Source of the DNA: a bacterium BMS3Bbin05
GTDB lineage: Bacteria > Nitrospirota > Thermodesulfovibrionia > Thermodesulfovibrionales > BMS3Bbin05
Assembly: GCA_002897855.1 (NCBI GenBank)
Contig: BDTO01000020.1
Coordinates: forward strand, 4,254 to 68,253
Reading direction: 5' to 3'
Length of the DNA stretch: 64,000 nt
Shown here: one piece after another, positions 10,154 through 19,555 of the stretch
How the letters are laid out: each line of letters starts with the position of its first letter
Position numbering within the stretch: the stretch's first letter is position 1
Notes under the pieces: model-generated
What the model was told of the DNA's origin: nothing
Database searches by the model: none
Seen by the model: only the letters and a program-made list of their open reading frames with translations
Position numbers and translations under genes: made by a program

Positions 10154-10482
10154 AGATTTCAGGATACCCCGCAGCTTGCTGTGGCGTGGTTCATTGTAGT
10201 GCGAGGGTCTGCCGCACGAACCTGAAAACGAAGTAAACGGCCATTTTGAGGGCGAAGCCCGAAGAATTCCGTCTTAAACCCACCTGTCAGCTGATGATGA
10301 ATGACATAGGGTTTAGGGGTTGGTAAAAGGATTTTGTTAATTGATGAGCATCAACCAATCGCTGATCCCCAACCAGGTGTTATCCTGCTCAGGGTGACGA
10401 AATGAGTATCGGTGCAACAGGCTCACAAGACATAATAAATTTACATAATGCACAGTTTTCATGATAATATTAATTTACCGTT

Positions 10483-12219
10483 ATGATTAATCGTGGAGTT
10501 GCAGAAATATTCTACAATATTGCCGACCTGCTTGAGGTAAAGGGCGGGAATCCGTTCAGGATAAGGGCTTACCGGAGGGCAGCGCAGAATATAGAAGGTA
10601 TGCCGGCTGACCTTTCAAAGCTCTCTGAAGATGAACTGATGACCGTTCCGGGGATCGGCAGGGACCTTGCACGGAAGATCAGGGAGTTTGCTGAAAAGGG
10701 AAAGATTAAGGCATGGGAGGATTTGAAGAAAGAAGTACCGGAGGGTTTAATAGAGGTTATATCTGTCCCGGGGCTTGGCCCAAAGACCGCAAAGATTCTC
10801 TATAATGATCTGCGTATTACAGACCTTAAAGGACTTGAGAAAGCTGCCGTGGCAGGAGAGCTCAAGGGGTTGCCCCATATCGGGGCAAAGACGGAAAAGA
10901 ACATATTAAAGGGCCTTGAATTGATAAAAAAGGGAAAGGAGAGGATGCCTCTGGGCAGGGCCTTACCGATTGCTGAAGAGATTGTTGACCTGTTAAAGCG
11001 AAATGCTCCTGTTAAGGAAATATCAATTGCAGGTAGCGTGAGAAGGTGGAAAGAGACCGTCAAAGATGTAGATATACTTGTTACTTCTGACTACCCGGAG
11101 CAGGTTATGGATATGTTTGTCGGCATGAAGCATGTTTCAGATATTATTGCAAAGGGGCATACAAAATCCAGTGTGCGGCTTTCAGATGGTATACAGGTAG
11201 ACCTGAGGGTAGTGGAAGAGGCCTCTTTCGGTGCTGCCCTGCAGTACTTTACAGGCAGCAGGGAGCATAATATCAAGCTCAGGGAGATAGCGGTCAGGAA
11301 GGGATTGAAGATTAATGAATACGGAATATTTGATGAAAAGTCCGGCAAACTTCTTGGAGGCGCAAAGGAAAGTGATATCTATGAACTTCTTGGCATGTCT
11401 TTCATAGAGCCCGAACTCAGGGAGGATAGAGGTGAGATAGATGCGGCTTTTAAAAGGTCCCTTCCCCGGCTTGTCTCACTTGAAAATATCAGGGGAGATC
11501 TTCACGTTCACTCGAACTGGTCTGACGGAGGCCATTCTATTAAAGAAGTGGCTGATGAAGCGAAAAGGCGCGGTTATGAGTACATTGCACTGACCGATCA
11601 CTCGAAAGGGCTCAGTATAGCCAACGGACTTGATGAGGAGAGGATACTCAGACAGATAAGGGAAATAGACCGGATTAATGGCGGGCTTAAGGATTTTAAA
11701 ATCCTGAAGGGGATTGAAGTTGATATCAGGAGCGATAATACGCTGGATATCTCTGATGATGTCCTGAAAAAACTGGACATCGTTGTAGCGTCTATCCATT
11801 CCGGATTCAGGCAGGCCAGGGAAAAGATCACTTACAGGATAGTGAGTGCAATGAGAAATCCTTATGTAAACATTATAGCCCATCCAACAGGAAGGTTGAT
11901 CGGGGAGAGGGATGCTTATGATATTAACATGGAAGAAATATTCAGAACTGCAAAACAGACGCGGACAGCGATTGAGATCAATGCATTTCCTGCAAGGCTT
12001 GACCTTAATGATATATATAGCAGGGAAGCAAAGCGGTTGGGAATACCGGTGGTTATAAGTACCGATACTCATGTATCGGGCCATTATGATTATATGAGAT
12101 ATGGAGTTTCGGTTGCCAGGAGGGCGTGGCTTGAAAAAAGGGATGTGATAAATACAGGGGGGTACAGAGATTTAAAAAAGTTTATGAATATTAAACGAAA
12201 AAAATCAAATCCCCTCTGA
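10483..12219 (+). CDS. family X DNA polymerase with C-terminal PHP domain
   Basis: N-terminal HhH (FRIRAYRRAA), Pol-beta-like nucleotidyltransferase core (GSVRR..ETVKDVDILV) and PHP motifs (DLHVHSNWSDG, TDTH). Confidence 0.9.
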   Translation: MINRGVAEIFYNIADLLEVKGGNPFRIRAYRRAAQNIEGMPADLSKLSEDELMTVPGIGRDLARKIREFAEKGKIKAWEDLKKEVPEGLIEVISVPGLGPKTAKILYNDLRITDLKGLEKAAVAGELKGLPHIGAKTEKNILKGLELIKKGKERMPLGRALPIAEEIVDLLKRNAPVKEISIAGSVRRWKETVKDVDILVTSDYPEQVMDMFVGMKHVSDIIAKGHTKSSVRLSDGIQVDLRVVEEASFGAALQYFTGSREHNIKLREIAVRKGLKINEYGIFDEKSGKLLGGAKESDIYELLGMSFIEPELREDRGEIDAAFKRSLPRLVSLENIRGDLHVHSNWSDGGHSIKEVADEAKRRGYEYIALTDHSKGLSIANGLDEERILRQIREIDRINGGLKDFKILKGIEVDIRSDNTLDISDDVLKKLDIVVASIHSGFRQAREKITYRIVSAMRNPYVNIIAHPTGRLIGERDAYDINMEEIFRTAKQTRTAIEINAFPARLDLNDIYSREAKRLGIPVVISTDTHVSGHYDYMRYGVSVARRAWLEKRDVINTGGYRDLKKFMNIKRKKSNPL

Positions 12220-12284
12220 AATCCCTTTTTTTTTGGTATTTTAAGGGGTGTATGTTAGAATAAATAAAAAAGCGGAGGTTGTTT

Positions 12285-12488
12285 ATGTCTGATGTTTTAT
12301 TCAGGATTGAGGGTATGAGTTGTCAGCATTGCGTAATGAGAGTAAAAAAGGCGATTGACTCAGTTGATGGAGTCTCTTCATCCGACGTCGAGATAGGTTC
12401 TGCGAAGGTCTCATTCGACGATTCAAAGACGTCGAAAGATGTTATCGGCAATGCCATAAACGGATCCGGCTATAAGGTAATAGTCTGA
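12285..12488 (+). CDS. copZ: heavy-metal-associated (HMA) domain metallochaperone
   Basis: GMSCQHC metal-binding motif. ATG at 12285 lies 6 nt after GGAGG and is preferred over the listed TTG at 12279. Confidence 0.8.
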   Translation: MSDVLFRIEGMSCQHCVMRVKKAIDSVDGVSSSDVEIGSAKVSFDDSKTSKDVIGNAINGSGYKVIV

Positions 12489-12492
12489 TATC

Positions 12493-13482
12493 TTATTTCA
12501 GCCTGACATCTATTCTGTCTTTTATAAAGACCGCTTGTGTTGTTTCGGAATATCCCGGGAGATAAGAATCAGATGTCCACGAGCTATTGACATCTCCTGT
12601 ATCGAGTCCGTGCGCAAATTTTATCAGCCTCGAAGAGAACAGCAGTGTCCTCTGTTGAGGGTCATATGGAACCCATCCTGAATTCGGAAAATAGACTTCT
12701 ACCCATGCGTGGGGCCCCTGTCCCATGTCGTGGATCATATAACCCCTTTTGGTAGGAGTTTTCCATTTTCTTGACAGGGAAATACCCCCGGCAACACGCG
12801 CGGGAATCCCGGCCTGCCTTAGCATGGCTACTGTGAGATTGGAGTATCCCTCACAATTTCCATACCCCCTGAGAAGGGTATTTGAAGCGCTTGCCCCTGG
12901 AGTTCTGGGGCGATACCTGATATTTGCCTGTATCCAGTTAAGTATGGACTCTACAGCGTTTATTTCTGTTTTGGATCTTTTTGTAAGCGACTCTATGATC
13001 CGTTTTGCCTTTTTCGTTTCTATGATGGTGTTTTTTGATATGTGGAGGTACCGGGAAGGCCTTCTTCTTATCTTCCGGACGGGATAAGCGGTCCGGTTTT
13101 TTGTTGAATTGGCTGCCGAACTGATTACGGCGACAAAATTCATGTCTATACTTATGTTGTCGGATACTGAATTCCAGTGGATAACCTTGAATGTATTTCC
13201 GTATTGATCCCTTACAGTTTCGATATTTCCGGGTTCAGGCTTAACAGTGACTTTCATTCTACGGACCTTTTGGGAAACTGTCCTGTAGGAATAGCCCGAG
13301 GGGAGGGGGAATCTGTAAGTGAAATGATCAATCTTTCCGCCGTTAAGAAGAAATTGGACCCTGTAGCTGACACTGACGGTATTATACATTTTACCGTCAA
13401 TATTGGAGGCATTAGCGGGATGAACAAGGAATAATGATATGGAAAAGACGAAGATAAATATATTATAAAAAAATAAAGACAT
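12493..13482 (-). CDS. secreted transglutaminase-like cysteine protease family protein
   Basis: Signal peptide. Core GYGNCEGYSNL (Cys), HAWVEVYF (His) and a downstream Asp. Confidence 0.8.
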   Translation of the reverse strand: MSLFFYNIFIFVFSISLFLVHPANASNIDGKMYNTVSVSYRVQFLLNGGKIDHFTYRFPLPSGYSYRTVSQKVRRMKVTVKPEPGNIETVRDQYGNTFKVIHWNSVSDNISIDMNFVAVISSAANSTKNRTAYPVRKIRRRPSRYLHISKNTIIETKKAKRIIESLTKRSKTEINAVESILNWIQANIRYRPRTPGASASNTLLRGYGNCEGYSNLTVAMLRQAGIPARVAGGISLSRKWKTPTKRGYMIHDMGQGPHAWVEVYFPNSGWVPYDPQQRTLLFSSRLIKFAHGLDTGDVNSSWTSDSYLPGYSETTQAVFIKDRIDVRLK

Positions 13483-13514
13483 TTTCCTTCTTCACGGAAT
13501 TATTTTACCTCTAA

Positions 13515-15011
13515 ATGATATTATATATAAAAGGCTTTGTCGCTTGCATTATGAAAATCGGGTATCTGGACAGAAAAGAAATAATTTCAGGGGCTGATGC
13601 CCTTATACTTCCTGTTATTAAAGGCGTTAAAACCCCCATATTTGATGAGGTGGACGGTGCGCTGGGCGGTATACTGTCAAAAGCCATTGACAGTAAACCC
13701 GCAATTGCTGATTTCGAGGGATGCGAATTGATGCATATTGCAGGCAGAGGCGCTCCCAAAATGGTTCTGCTTTCCGGGCTTGGGAAATATGATGAGATTG
13801 AAGCGGGTTTATTAAGAAAGGCGGGGGGGATAGCTTTTAGTAATATCGAGGGCTATAAGATCAAAAAGGCGGCGCTTTCAGTGGGTGATATGATAAGTAA
13901 CCGGATTGACGCCAGGCCTTTTATTGAAGGGTTTCTTCTCAGGGACTACTCCTTTGAAAAATACAGGAATACAAAACAATACAGGGGTATCAATGTACTG
14001 AATATCCTTAAAAAGCGTTCACGTGATGATTCCGATTGGGCCGGATGGATATCTGCCGTTGTTGACTCCGTCAATATGGTCAGAGATCTGGTAAATTCGC
14101 CGTCAAATCATGTCAGGCCTTCTTCAATGGCCGGCGTTGCGCGTACACTCGCAGGCGGGAGAATGAAGGTCAAGGTGCTGGGGACGCGGGAAATAAAGAA
14201 ACTTGGACTTAATGCATTTTATTCCGTTGCAAAAGGTTCAAAAGAGGAGCCCGAATTTATAGTCATGAGGTACTCCGGCGGTATGTCAAAGGATATTGCT
14301 CTTGTTGGAAAATCCGTTACATTTGACAGTGGAGGCATATCATTGAAGCCTTCCAAAGGGATGGAGAAGATGAAATATGACATGGCCGGAGGCGCCGTGG
14401 TCCTGGGTGTTTTAAAGGCTGTTAAAGAGCTCGGACTCCCGGTGAATTTAACCGGTGTAATCCCGGCCTGCGAAAATCTTCCCGGCGGGTCGGCTTCCAG
14501 GCCGGGTGATATCGTAAAGACATATGGCGGTAAGACGGTCGAGATTGTAAATACTGATGCCGAGGGGAGGCTGCTGCTTGCAGATGCCATTGAATATACA
14601 AAAAAACTCTCTCCGGGAGTTATAATAGATATAGCTACTCTTACAGGTGCGTGTTCTGTAGCGTTGGGGAATGAAGCAATTGCCATGATGGGAAACGATC
14701 AGGAATATATGGAAAAGCTCAGAAAGGCATCTATAGATACCGGAGAGAAGGTGTGGCAGATGCCTCTTTACAGAGAGTATGGCGAGTACATCAGGAGTGA
14801 CGTCGCTGATTTAAAGAATTCAGGCGGCCGTTCGGGATCTCTTGTGACTGCGGGATATTTTTTGAATGAATTTGCCGGTGATACGCCGTGGGTTCATCTT
14901 GATATAGCCTCTACCGCATGGACCGACAAAGACCGGCCTTATTCGCCAAAGGGGGCAACAGGCATGGGAGTCAGGCTCCTGATGGAGTTCATAAGAGGGA
15001 CAATGGAATGA
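13515..15011 (+). CDS. pepA: leucyl aminopeptidase (M17); alternative start at 13551
   Basis: NTDAEGRLLLADA and the M17 catalytic region. Neither start has a clear Shine-Dalgarno (SD) sequence. Confidence 0.92.
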   Translation: MILYIKGFVACIMKIGYLDRKEIISGADALILPVIKGVKTPIFDEVDGALGGILSKAIDSKPAIADFEGCELMHIAGRGAPKMVLLSGLGKYDEIEAGLLRKAGGIAFSNIEGYKIKKAALSVGDMISNRIDARPFIEGFLLRDYSFEKYRNTKQYRGINVLNILKKRSRDDSDWAGWISAVVDSVNMVRDLVNSPSNHVRPSSMAGVARTLAGGRMKVKVLGTREIKKLGLNAFYSVAKGSKEEPEFIVMRYSGGMSKDIALVGKSVTFDSGGISLKPSKGMEKMKYDMAGGAVVLGVLKAVKELGLPVNLTGVIPACENLPGGSASRPGDIVKTYGGKTVEIVNTDAEGRLLLADAIEYTKKLSPGVIIDIATLTGACSVALGNEAIAMMGNDQEYMEKLRKASIDTGEKVWQMPLYREYGEYIRSDVADLKNSGGRSGSLVTAGYFLNEFAGDTPWVHLDIASTAWTDKDRPYSPKGATGMGVRLLMEFIRGTME

Positions 15012-15778
15012 CTGTATTTTTTTTCCTGTTACTTGCCGGATTTTTTTTTATACCTGCTTCAGCATATGCCTGGGGGCCGCTTACCCATATGTTTCTGGGT
15101 AATGAAATACTCTCATTTGCTCCCCTGCTCCCTGCCGGTGTCTATTCAATAATCAGGAAGTACAGGCAGGATTTTCTTTACGGCAATCTGATGGCCGACA
15201 TTATCATCGGCAAGAAGTATATGCCAAGGGAAAAGAACAGTCACAGCTGGGCGGTCGGCATGTCACTTATTGAAAGTTCCTGCAATTCCCAGCAGAAGGC
15301 TTTCTCTCTCGGCTATCTGAGTCATCTGGCCGCCGATACAGTTGCTCACGGAATTCTTACAGAACATAAGCGCAATATCGGGCATACGTTTTACGAGATA
15401 AAAGCCGATAGTATTGTTGACAAGAGTTACTGGTTTCAGGCAGTTGCAATAGATAAAGTCGTACAGAAGAGAAATGACATTTTTATGGAAAGATCGCTTG
15501 AGAGGTTCCTGTTCTCTTTCAAGACAAACAAGAGGATTTTCAAGGGGATGTTCCTGTTATCTCTGCTGAACAATGAGAGGATGAGTGATTTTATAGATAA
15601 TAATGCTTATGTCAAGTCTGTCCCGGACAGAAAAAAGATAGAACTTCTTCATGAAATATCCATAGACAGGATTATTGATGTACTGAATAACGGTAAGAAT
15701 TCCTCTGTAATGAAAGACAGCCCGCGCTGCAGAAAGCTTCCCCGAAGATTCAATAAAATATCATTCGGCAGATATTGA
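15008..15778 (+). CDS. zinc-dependent phospholipase C-like family protein (putative)
   Basis: Signal peptide followed by WGPLTH and HLAADTVAH His motifs. ATGA overlap with the pepA stop. The listed 14918 start lies inside pepA. Confidence 0.6.
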   Translation: MTVFFFLLLAGFFFIPASAYAWGPLTHMFLGNEILSFAPLLPAGVYSIIRKYRQDFLYGNLMADIIIGKKYMPREKNSHSWAVGMSLIESSCNSQQKAFSLGYLSHLAADTVAHGILTEHKRNIGHTFYEIKADSIVDKSYWFQAVAIDKVVQKRNDIFMERSLERFLFSFKTNKRIFKGMFLLSLLNNERMSDFIDNNAYVKSVPDRKKIELLHEISIDRIIDVLNNGKNSSVMKDSPRCRKLPRRFNKISFGRY

Positions 15779-17031
15779 TGGTAAAGGATATGCTGGGCAG
15801 AAATGAGGCCGTCAGCGCCGACAGGGCGCTCGATATACTGCTGAACCTGCCTCTCAATAATAAACCCTCTTTGGAAGTGCCTGTTGAAGAAGCATACGGA
15901 AGGGTATTGTCATGCGACATAACCTCTCCGGAGAATATGCCCGTGTTTTCCCGCTCTGCAATGGACGGCTTTGCGGTCAGGGCGTCAGACACTTTTGGAT
16001 GTTCGGAATCCGTGCCTGCCTATCTCAGGCTTAACGGTTATGTAAAGATGGGTGAGGCCCCGGATGTTACCGCCGGCCCCGGAGATGCGGTCTCGATTCC
16101 TACGGGAGGAATGCTTCCGGAGGGGGCCGATGCAGTGGTAATGCTCGAAAATGTCCAGCAGACCGGGGATGACATGATAGAGGTTATGCGGCCGGTGGCG
16201 CCCGGAGAAAATGTTATTGCTGCCGGTGAAGACATCAGGGAAAGAGATTATGTCCTCAGGCGGGGAATCGTTCTCAGGCCGCAGGATATTGCCGCTCTGG
16301 CAGGTTTGGGTATAACCCGTGTAAAAATATATAAAAAACCGCTGGTTTCCATAATATCAACAGGAGACGAGATTGTCCCGCCGCAATCACATCCCGGTTT
16401 TGGGCAGGTAAGGGATATTAATTCCTTTAATCTTGCCGGTCTGGTAATGAATACGGGGGGTATACCGGAAAAGTTTGGAATCTTCCCGGATGAATATAAT
16501 GTTCTCAGGGATGCCATCTGCAGGGCTGTCGAATCAACTGATGTTGTGCTTATATCCGGAGGAAGCTCCGTAGGAACGAGAGACATGACCGCTGCATTGA
16601 TCGAATCAATGCAAAAAGGGGGCACATTGTTCCATGGCGTGGCAGTAAAACCCGGCAAGCCTCTTATCGGAGGGTTTGTAAGGGGTGTTCCGGTATTTGG
16701 CCTGCCCGGACATCCTGCAGCCGTTACCGTATCTTTTCATAACTTTGTTGAACCCGTAATTAAGAAGATTGGCGGCGTTGACCTGCAGATTGAAAGAAAT
16801 CGTCCTGCTGCGGTAAGCGCAAGGCTTGTAAAAAACATTTCTTCGGCACCGGGACGTGAAGATTATATAAGGGTCTCTTTATACGAAGAGGGAGGGGAAT
16901 TATGTGCGGAACCTGTTTTCGGCAAGTCGGGCCTTATCAGTACACTGGTAAGGGCGGACGGGATGGTCATGATTCCATCGCATGCGCAGGGAATCCCTCG
17001 TGGTGAGATGGTGAAAGTGAGGATTTTTTAG
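15775..17031 (+). CDS. moeA: molybdopterin molybdenumtransferase
   Basis: SAMDGFAV motif and MoeA domain organisation. ATGA overlap with the upstream gene. Confidence 0.9.
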   Translation: MMVKDMLGRNEAVSADRALDILLNLPLNNKPSLEVPVEEAYGRVLSCDITSPENMPVFSRSAMDGFAVRASDTFGCSESVPAYLRLNGYVKMGEAPDVTAGPGDAVSIPTGGMLPEGADAVVMLENVQQTGDDMIEVMRPVAPGENVIAAGEDIRERDYVLRRGIVLRPQDIAALAGLGITRVKIYKKPLVSIISTGDEIVPPQSHPGFGQVRDINSFNLAGLVMNTGGIPEKFGIFPDEYNVLRDAICRAVESTDVVLISGGSSVGTRDMTAALIESMQKGGTLFHGVAVKPGKPLIGGFVRGVPVFGLPGHPAAVTVSFHNFVEPVIKKIGGVDLQIERNRPAAVSARLVKNISSAPGREDYIRVSLYEEGGELCAEPVFGKSGLISTLVRADGMVMIPSHAQGIPRGEMVKVRIF

Positions 17032-17033
17032 AG

Positions 17034-17195
17034 ATGAATGATGAAAGTAAAAAAGAGGAAAGTTGCAGCAGTGAGGAGTGTGAATGGTGCGGTACAACAG
17101 GAGATATAAAGAAAAACAACAGGTATTACTGGGGCGCCGTAATCCTGATCGTGATTTTCCTGATTATTGTGTATATCCTTGCCGTTAATAAGTGA
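17034..17195 (+). CDS. hypothetical 53-aa tail-anchored small protein (not in the ORF track)
   Basis: Translated manually: MNDESKKEESCSSEECEWCGTTGDIKKNNRYYWGAVILIVIFLIIVYILAVNK. Cys cluster plus a C-terminal transmembrane (TM) helix. Weak SD. Confidence 0.3.
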   Translation: MNDESKKEESCSSEECEWCGTTGDIKKNNRYYWGAVILIVIFLIIVYILAVNK

Positions 17196-17234
17196 GGTGC
17201 TTCCGGTATTTCTGTGGATAATAAAACCATAAAT

Positions 17235-17306
17235 GGGGGATTGGGTGTTAGGGATTGGGGATTGGTTTTTTACCAACCCCTCACCCCTGACCTCTAACCC
17301 CTCACC
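17235..17306. repeat. long imperfect palindrome (GGGGATTGG / CCAACCCC type) between convergent genes
   Basis: The left arm GGGGGATTGGGTGTTAGGGATTGGGGATTGGT pairs imperfectly with ACCAACCCCTCACCCCTGACCTCTAACCCCTCACC. A related motif occurs at 10311-10330. Confidence 0.6.
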
Positions 17307-17437
17307 TGTTTGCAATTTGCCACTGAGCCATTGAGCTTGCCGGCATTTATTTTTCCACACTATTTTCTGAAGAGCCCTAATTGATAAAGATACTGTATTA
17401 CCGGGAAATTCATTGGTCTTCCTGTTTCAGGCGCTGT

Positions 17438-18361
17438 TTACATGTTTTCCATCATCTGCTCGATCGTTATAACTACCGAGTCGCCGAGCGCCTGCAGATC
17501 ATACCCGCCTTCGAGTGAAAAGATGACCGGGACATCTTTCCCTGATGTCAATATGCCGTTTACAATACTCTTTATCCCCTCGTTGGAAACATTAATTCCC
17601 GCAAGGGGATCTTTTTTATGCAGGTCGTAGCCTGCTGAAACGAGAATTATGTCAGGGTCGAAGTCATTTACGATTTTGTGAAGGGTCTCATTATAGGCTT
17701 TTTCATACTCCCTGTCTCCGGCCCCATGATGCATGGGGATATTATATGTAAAGCCCTTCCCCCTGCCTTTCCCGGTTTCACTGATACTGCCGGTGCCGGG
17801 ATAATGGGGATATTGATGCGTGCTGAAATAAAATACGGTATCATCTTCGTAAAACATGTCTTCCGTGCCATTGCCGTGATGTACGTCGAAATCGGCGATG
17901 AAGACCTTGCCGTATCCCTTTTTTTGTGCATGCCTGGCTCCAACGGCAATGTTGTTAAAAATACAGAATCCCATTGCCCTGCCAGCCCCGGCATGGTGCC
18001 CCGGAGGCCTTACGGCGCAGAAGGCACGGTCGATCTTTCCGCCACGGCACTGATTGACGGCCTCCATGACCGATCCTGCCGCAAAGAGGGATGCGTCAAG
18101 TGTGCCGGCGGAAAAGAAGGTGTCGGGGTCTAAATAACCCGGTGGGGAATTGCTTACCCTTTCGACATATTCAGGATCATGTACAGTTTCGATATCAGAA
18201 AGCCCGGCCTTTTGAAAAGCGATGTGTTCAACCGCATCCCATAGACCTGTTGCCCTGACCTTCGCTATGATCGCATTCAATCTTTCTTTTGACTCGGGGT
18301 GCCATTGAGGTGTTTCATGTTTCAGGAAGATGTCATCATAAAAGAAACCGGTACGCTTCAT
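17438..18361 (-). CDS. histone deacetylase / acetoin utilisation family deacetylase
   Basis: RPPGHHA and DFDVHHGNGT catalytic motifs. Confidence 0.9.
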   Translation of the reverse strand: MKRTGFFYDDIFLKHETPQWHPESKERLNAIIAKVRATGLWDAVEHIAFQKAGLSDIETVHDPEYVERVSNSPPGYLDPDTFFSAGTLDASLFAAGSVMEAVNQCRGGKIDRAFCAVRPPGHHAGAGRAMGFCIFNNIAVGARHAQKKGYGKVFIADFDVHHGNGTEDMFYEDDTVFYFSTHQYPHYPGTGSISETGKGRGKGFTYNIPMHHGAGDREYEKAYNETLHKIVNDFDPDIILVSAGYDLHKKDPLAGINVSNEGIKSIVNGILTSGKDVPVIFSLEGGYDLQALGDSVVITIEQMMENM

Positions 18362-18429
18362 ATACAGAATTTTACATTAAAACAGGCAGATATTTGAAGC
18401 AGGCGAACAGACGGCAAACTGTAAGGCAA

Positions 18430-19128
18430 TCATGAGAAGATATAAAAAAGTAGAAATGTGATTGCTATGCCCATTATTGCTCCTGTCGTAACTTCGAGGG
18501 CGTTGTGTGTCTTTGTCGCAACCCGGTTTTGGGCAATAATTACTGCAAGCAGAAAGCTCAGCAGTGAGGCAATGAAGTTTTTAGTGATATATGTGATAGA
18601 CAGCCAGACTGAAAATGCAAGTGCGGCATGGCCGCTCGGTAAGCCTCCCTTCAGGGGTTTCCCTTTGCCTATGTATGATTTGATCAGGAGTACACTTATG
18701 AGAACTATGGTGACGGCAACTATTGTTATGTCTTCCGGCGTGTGCTTTGCAACTGTCAATCCTTTTTCAAAGGCTTTTTCAATATATGGAGCGAGTATGA
18801 AGTAACCTATTACGGCAGCAGCAAATGCGGTTATAAGAACAGCCCCTGCGGCAATATCTTTGGCATGCCTGGCCGTCTCTCTCTTTTCCGGCGACAACAG
18901 GTCAACTGTGTTCTCAATAGCGGTGTTAATCATCTCAGCAAGAATTACTATAGATGCGAGAATGGAGATAAATATAAACTCGTACCGGTTTATCCCGAGA
19001 ATAAAACTTATGATCAGAACGGAAGCTGCCGCATAAAGATGGTATCTGAGATGTCTTTCTGTTTTGGCGGTATGGAGAATACCGTCTATGGCATTATTAA
19101 GACTGTTAATCCAGTTGCGAAAGGGCAT
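18430..19128 (-). CDS. dgkA: DgkA-type lipid kinase fused to a PAP2-like phosphatase domain
   Basis: The N-terminal roughly 120 aa is DAGK_prokar-like (EMINTAIENTVD). The C-terminus has Kx6KP, PSGH and NRx5HxxxE, which resemble PAP2 motifs C1-C3. Confidence 0.75.
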   Translation of the reverse strand: MPFRNWINSLNNAIDGILHTAKTERHLRYHLYAAASVLIISFILGINRYEFIFISILASIVILAEMINTAIENTVDLLSPEKRETARHAKDIAAGAVLITAFAAAVIGYFILAPYIEKAFEKGLTVAKHTPEDITIVAVTIVLISVLLIKSYIGKGKPLKGGLPSGHAALAFSVWLSITYITKNFIASLLSFLLAVIIAQNRVATKTHNALEVTTGAIMGIAITFLLFYIFS

Positions 19129-19555
19129 TTAATAACTGATTCTCCTTTGCATACATTTTTCTTCGCTGATAGGAGTTTTTTTCGTGATCATAACCGGCCA
19201 GATGCAGCAGGCCGTGTATCAGCAGTTGCCTCATAATCGCGTGCCCGTCCCATCCTCTTTCGCTTCCCAGCCGTTTAGCCATGTGTACATTTATTACTAT
19301 GTCTCCAAGCAGAGTCTGTTCTCCATGTTCTGTATGATCAGACGGTTTATCCATGGGAAAGGACAGGACATCCGTCGTTGTGTTTTTGTGACGGTACATC
19401 CTGTTCAGGTCTTTTATTTTTTTATCATTTGTAAGCAGGATGCTGACTTCGGTATTATGGATGCCCAGGAGTCTCAGGAGATACTCAGTATCTTTCCGGA
19501 GTCTTTTCATGTCTGTTTTTACCAGTCTCTGCTGATCTCTTATCTCTACTGCCAT
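19106..19555 (-). CDS. ybeY: rRNA maturation endoribonuclease YbeY
   Basis: HGLLHLAGYDHE zinc motif. MAVEIRDQQ is a typical N-terminus, so the start at 19555 is preferred. It overlaps the pgpH tail by 71 nt. Confidence 0.9.
   Translation of the reverse strand: MAVEIRDQQRLVKTDMKRLRKDTEYLLRLLGIHNTEVSILLTNDKKIKDLNRMYRHKNTTTDVLSFPMDKPSDHTEHGEQTLLGDIVINVHMAKRLGSERGWDGHAIMRQLLIHGLLHLAGYDHEKNSYQRRKMYAKENQLLNALSQLD

Noticed and set aside
14918-15007. N-terminal extension of the phospholipase C-like ORF
   Set aside because: The extension lies entirely inside pepA in another frame. The signal peptide begins at the Met at 15008, which forms an ATGA junction with the pepA stop.
17028-17360. 110-aa minus-strand ORF
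   Set aside because: It is built from the GGGGATTGG palindromic repeat (QSPIPNTQSPI) and lies antisense to the small ORF and the intergenic region. It shows no coding signal.
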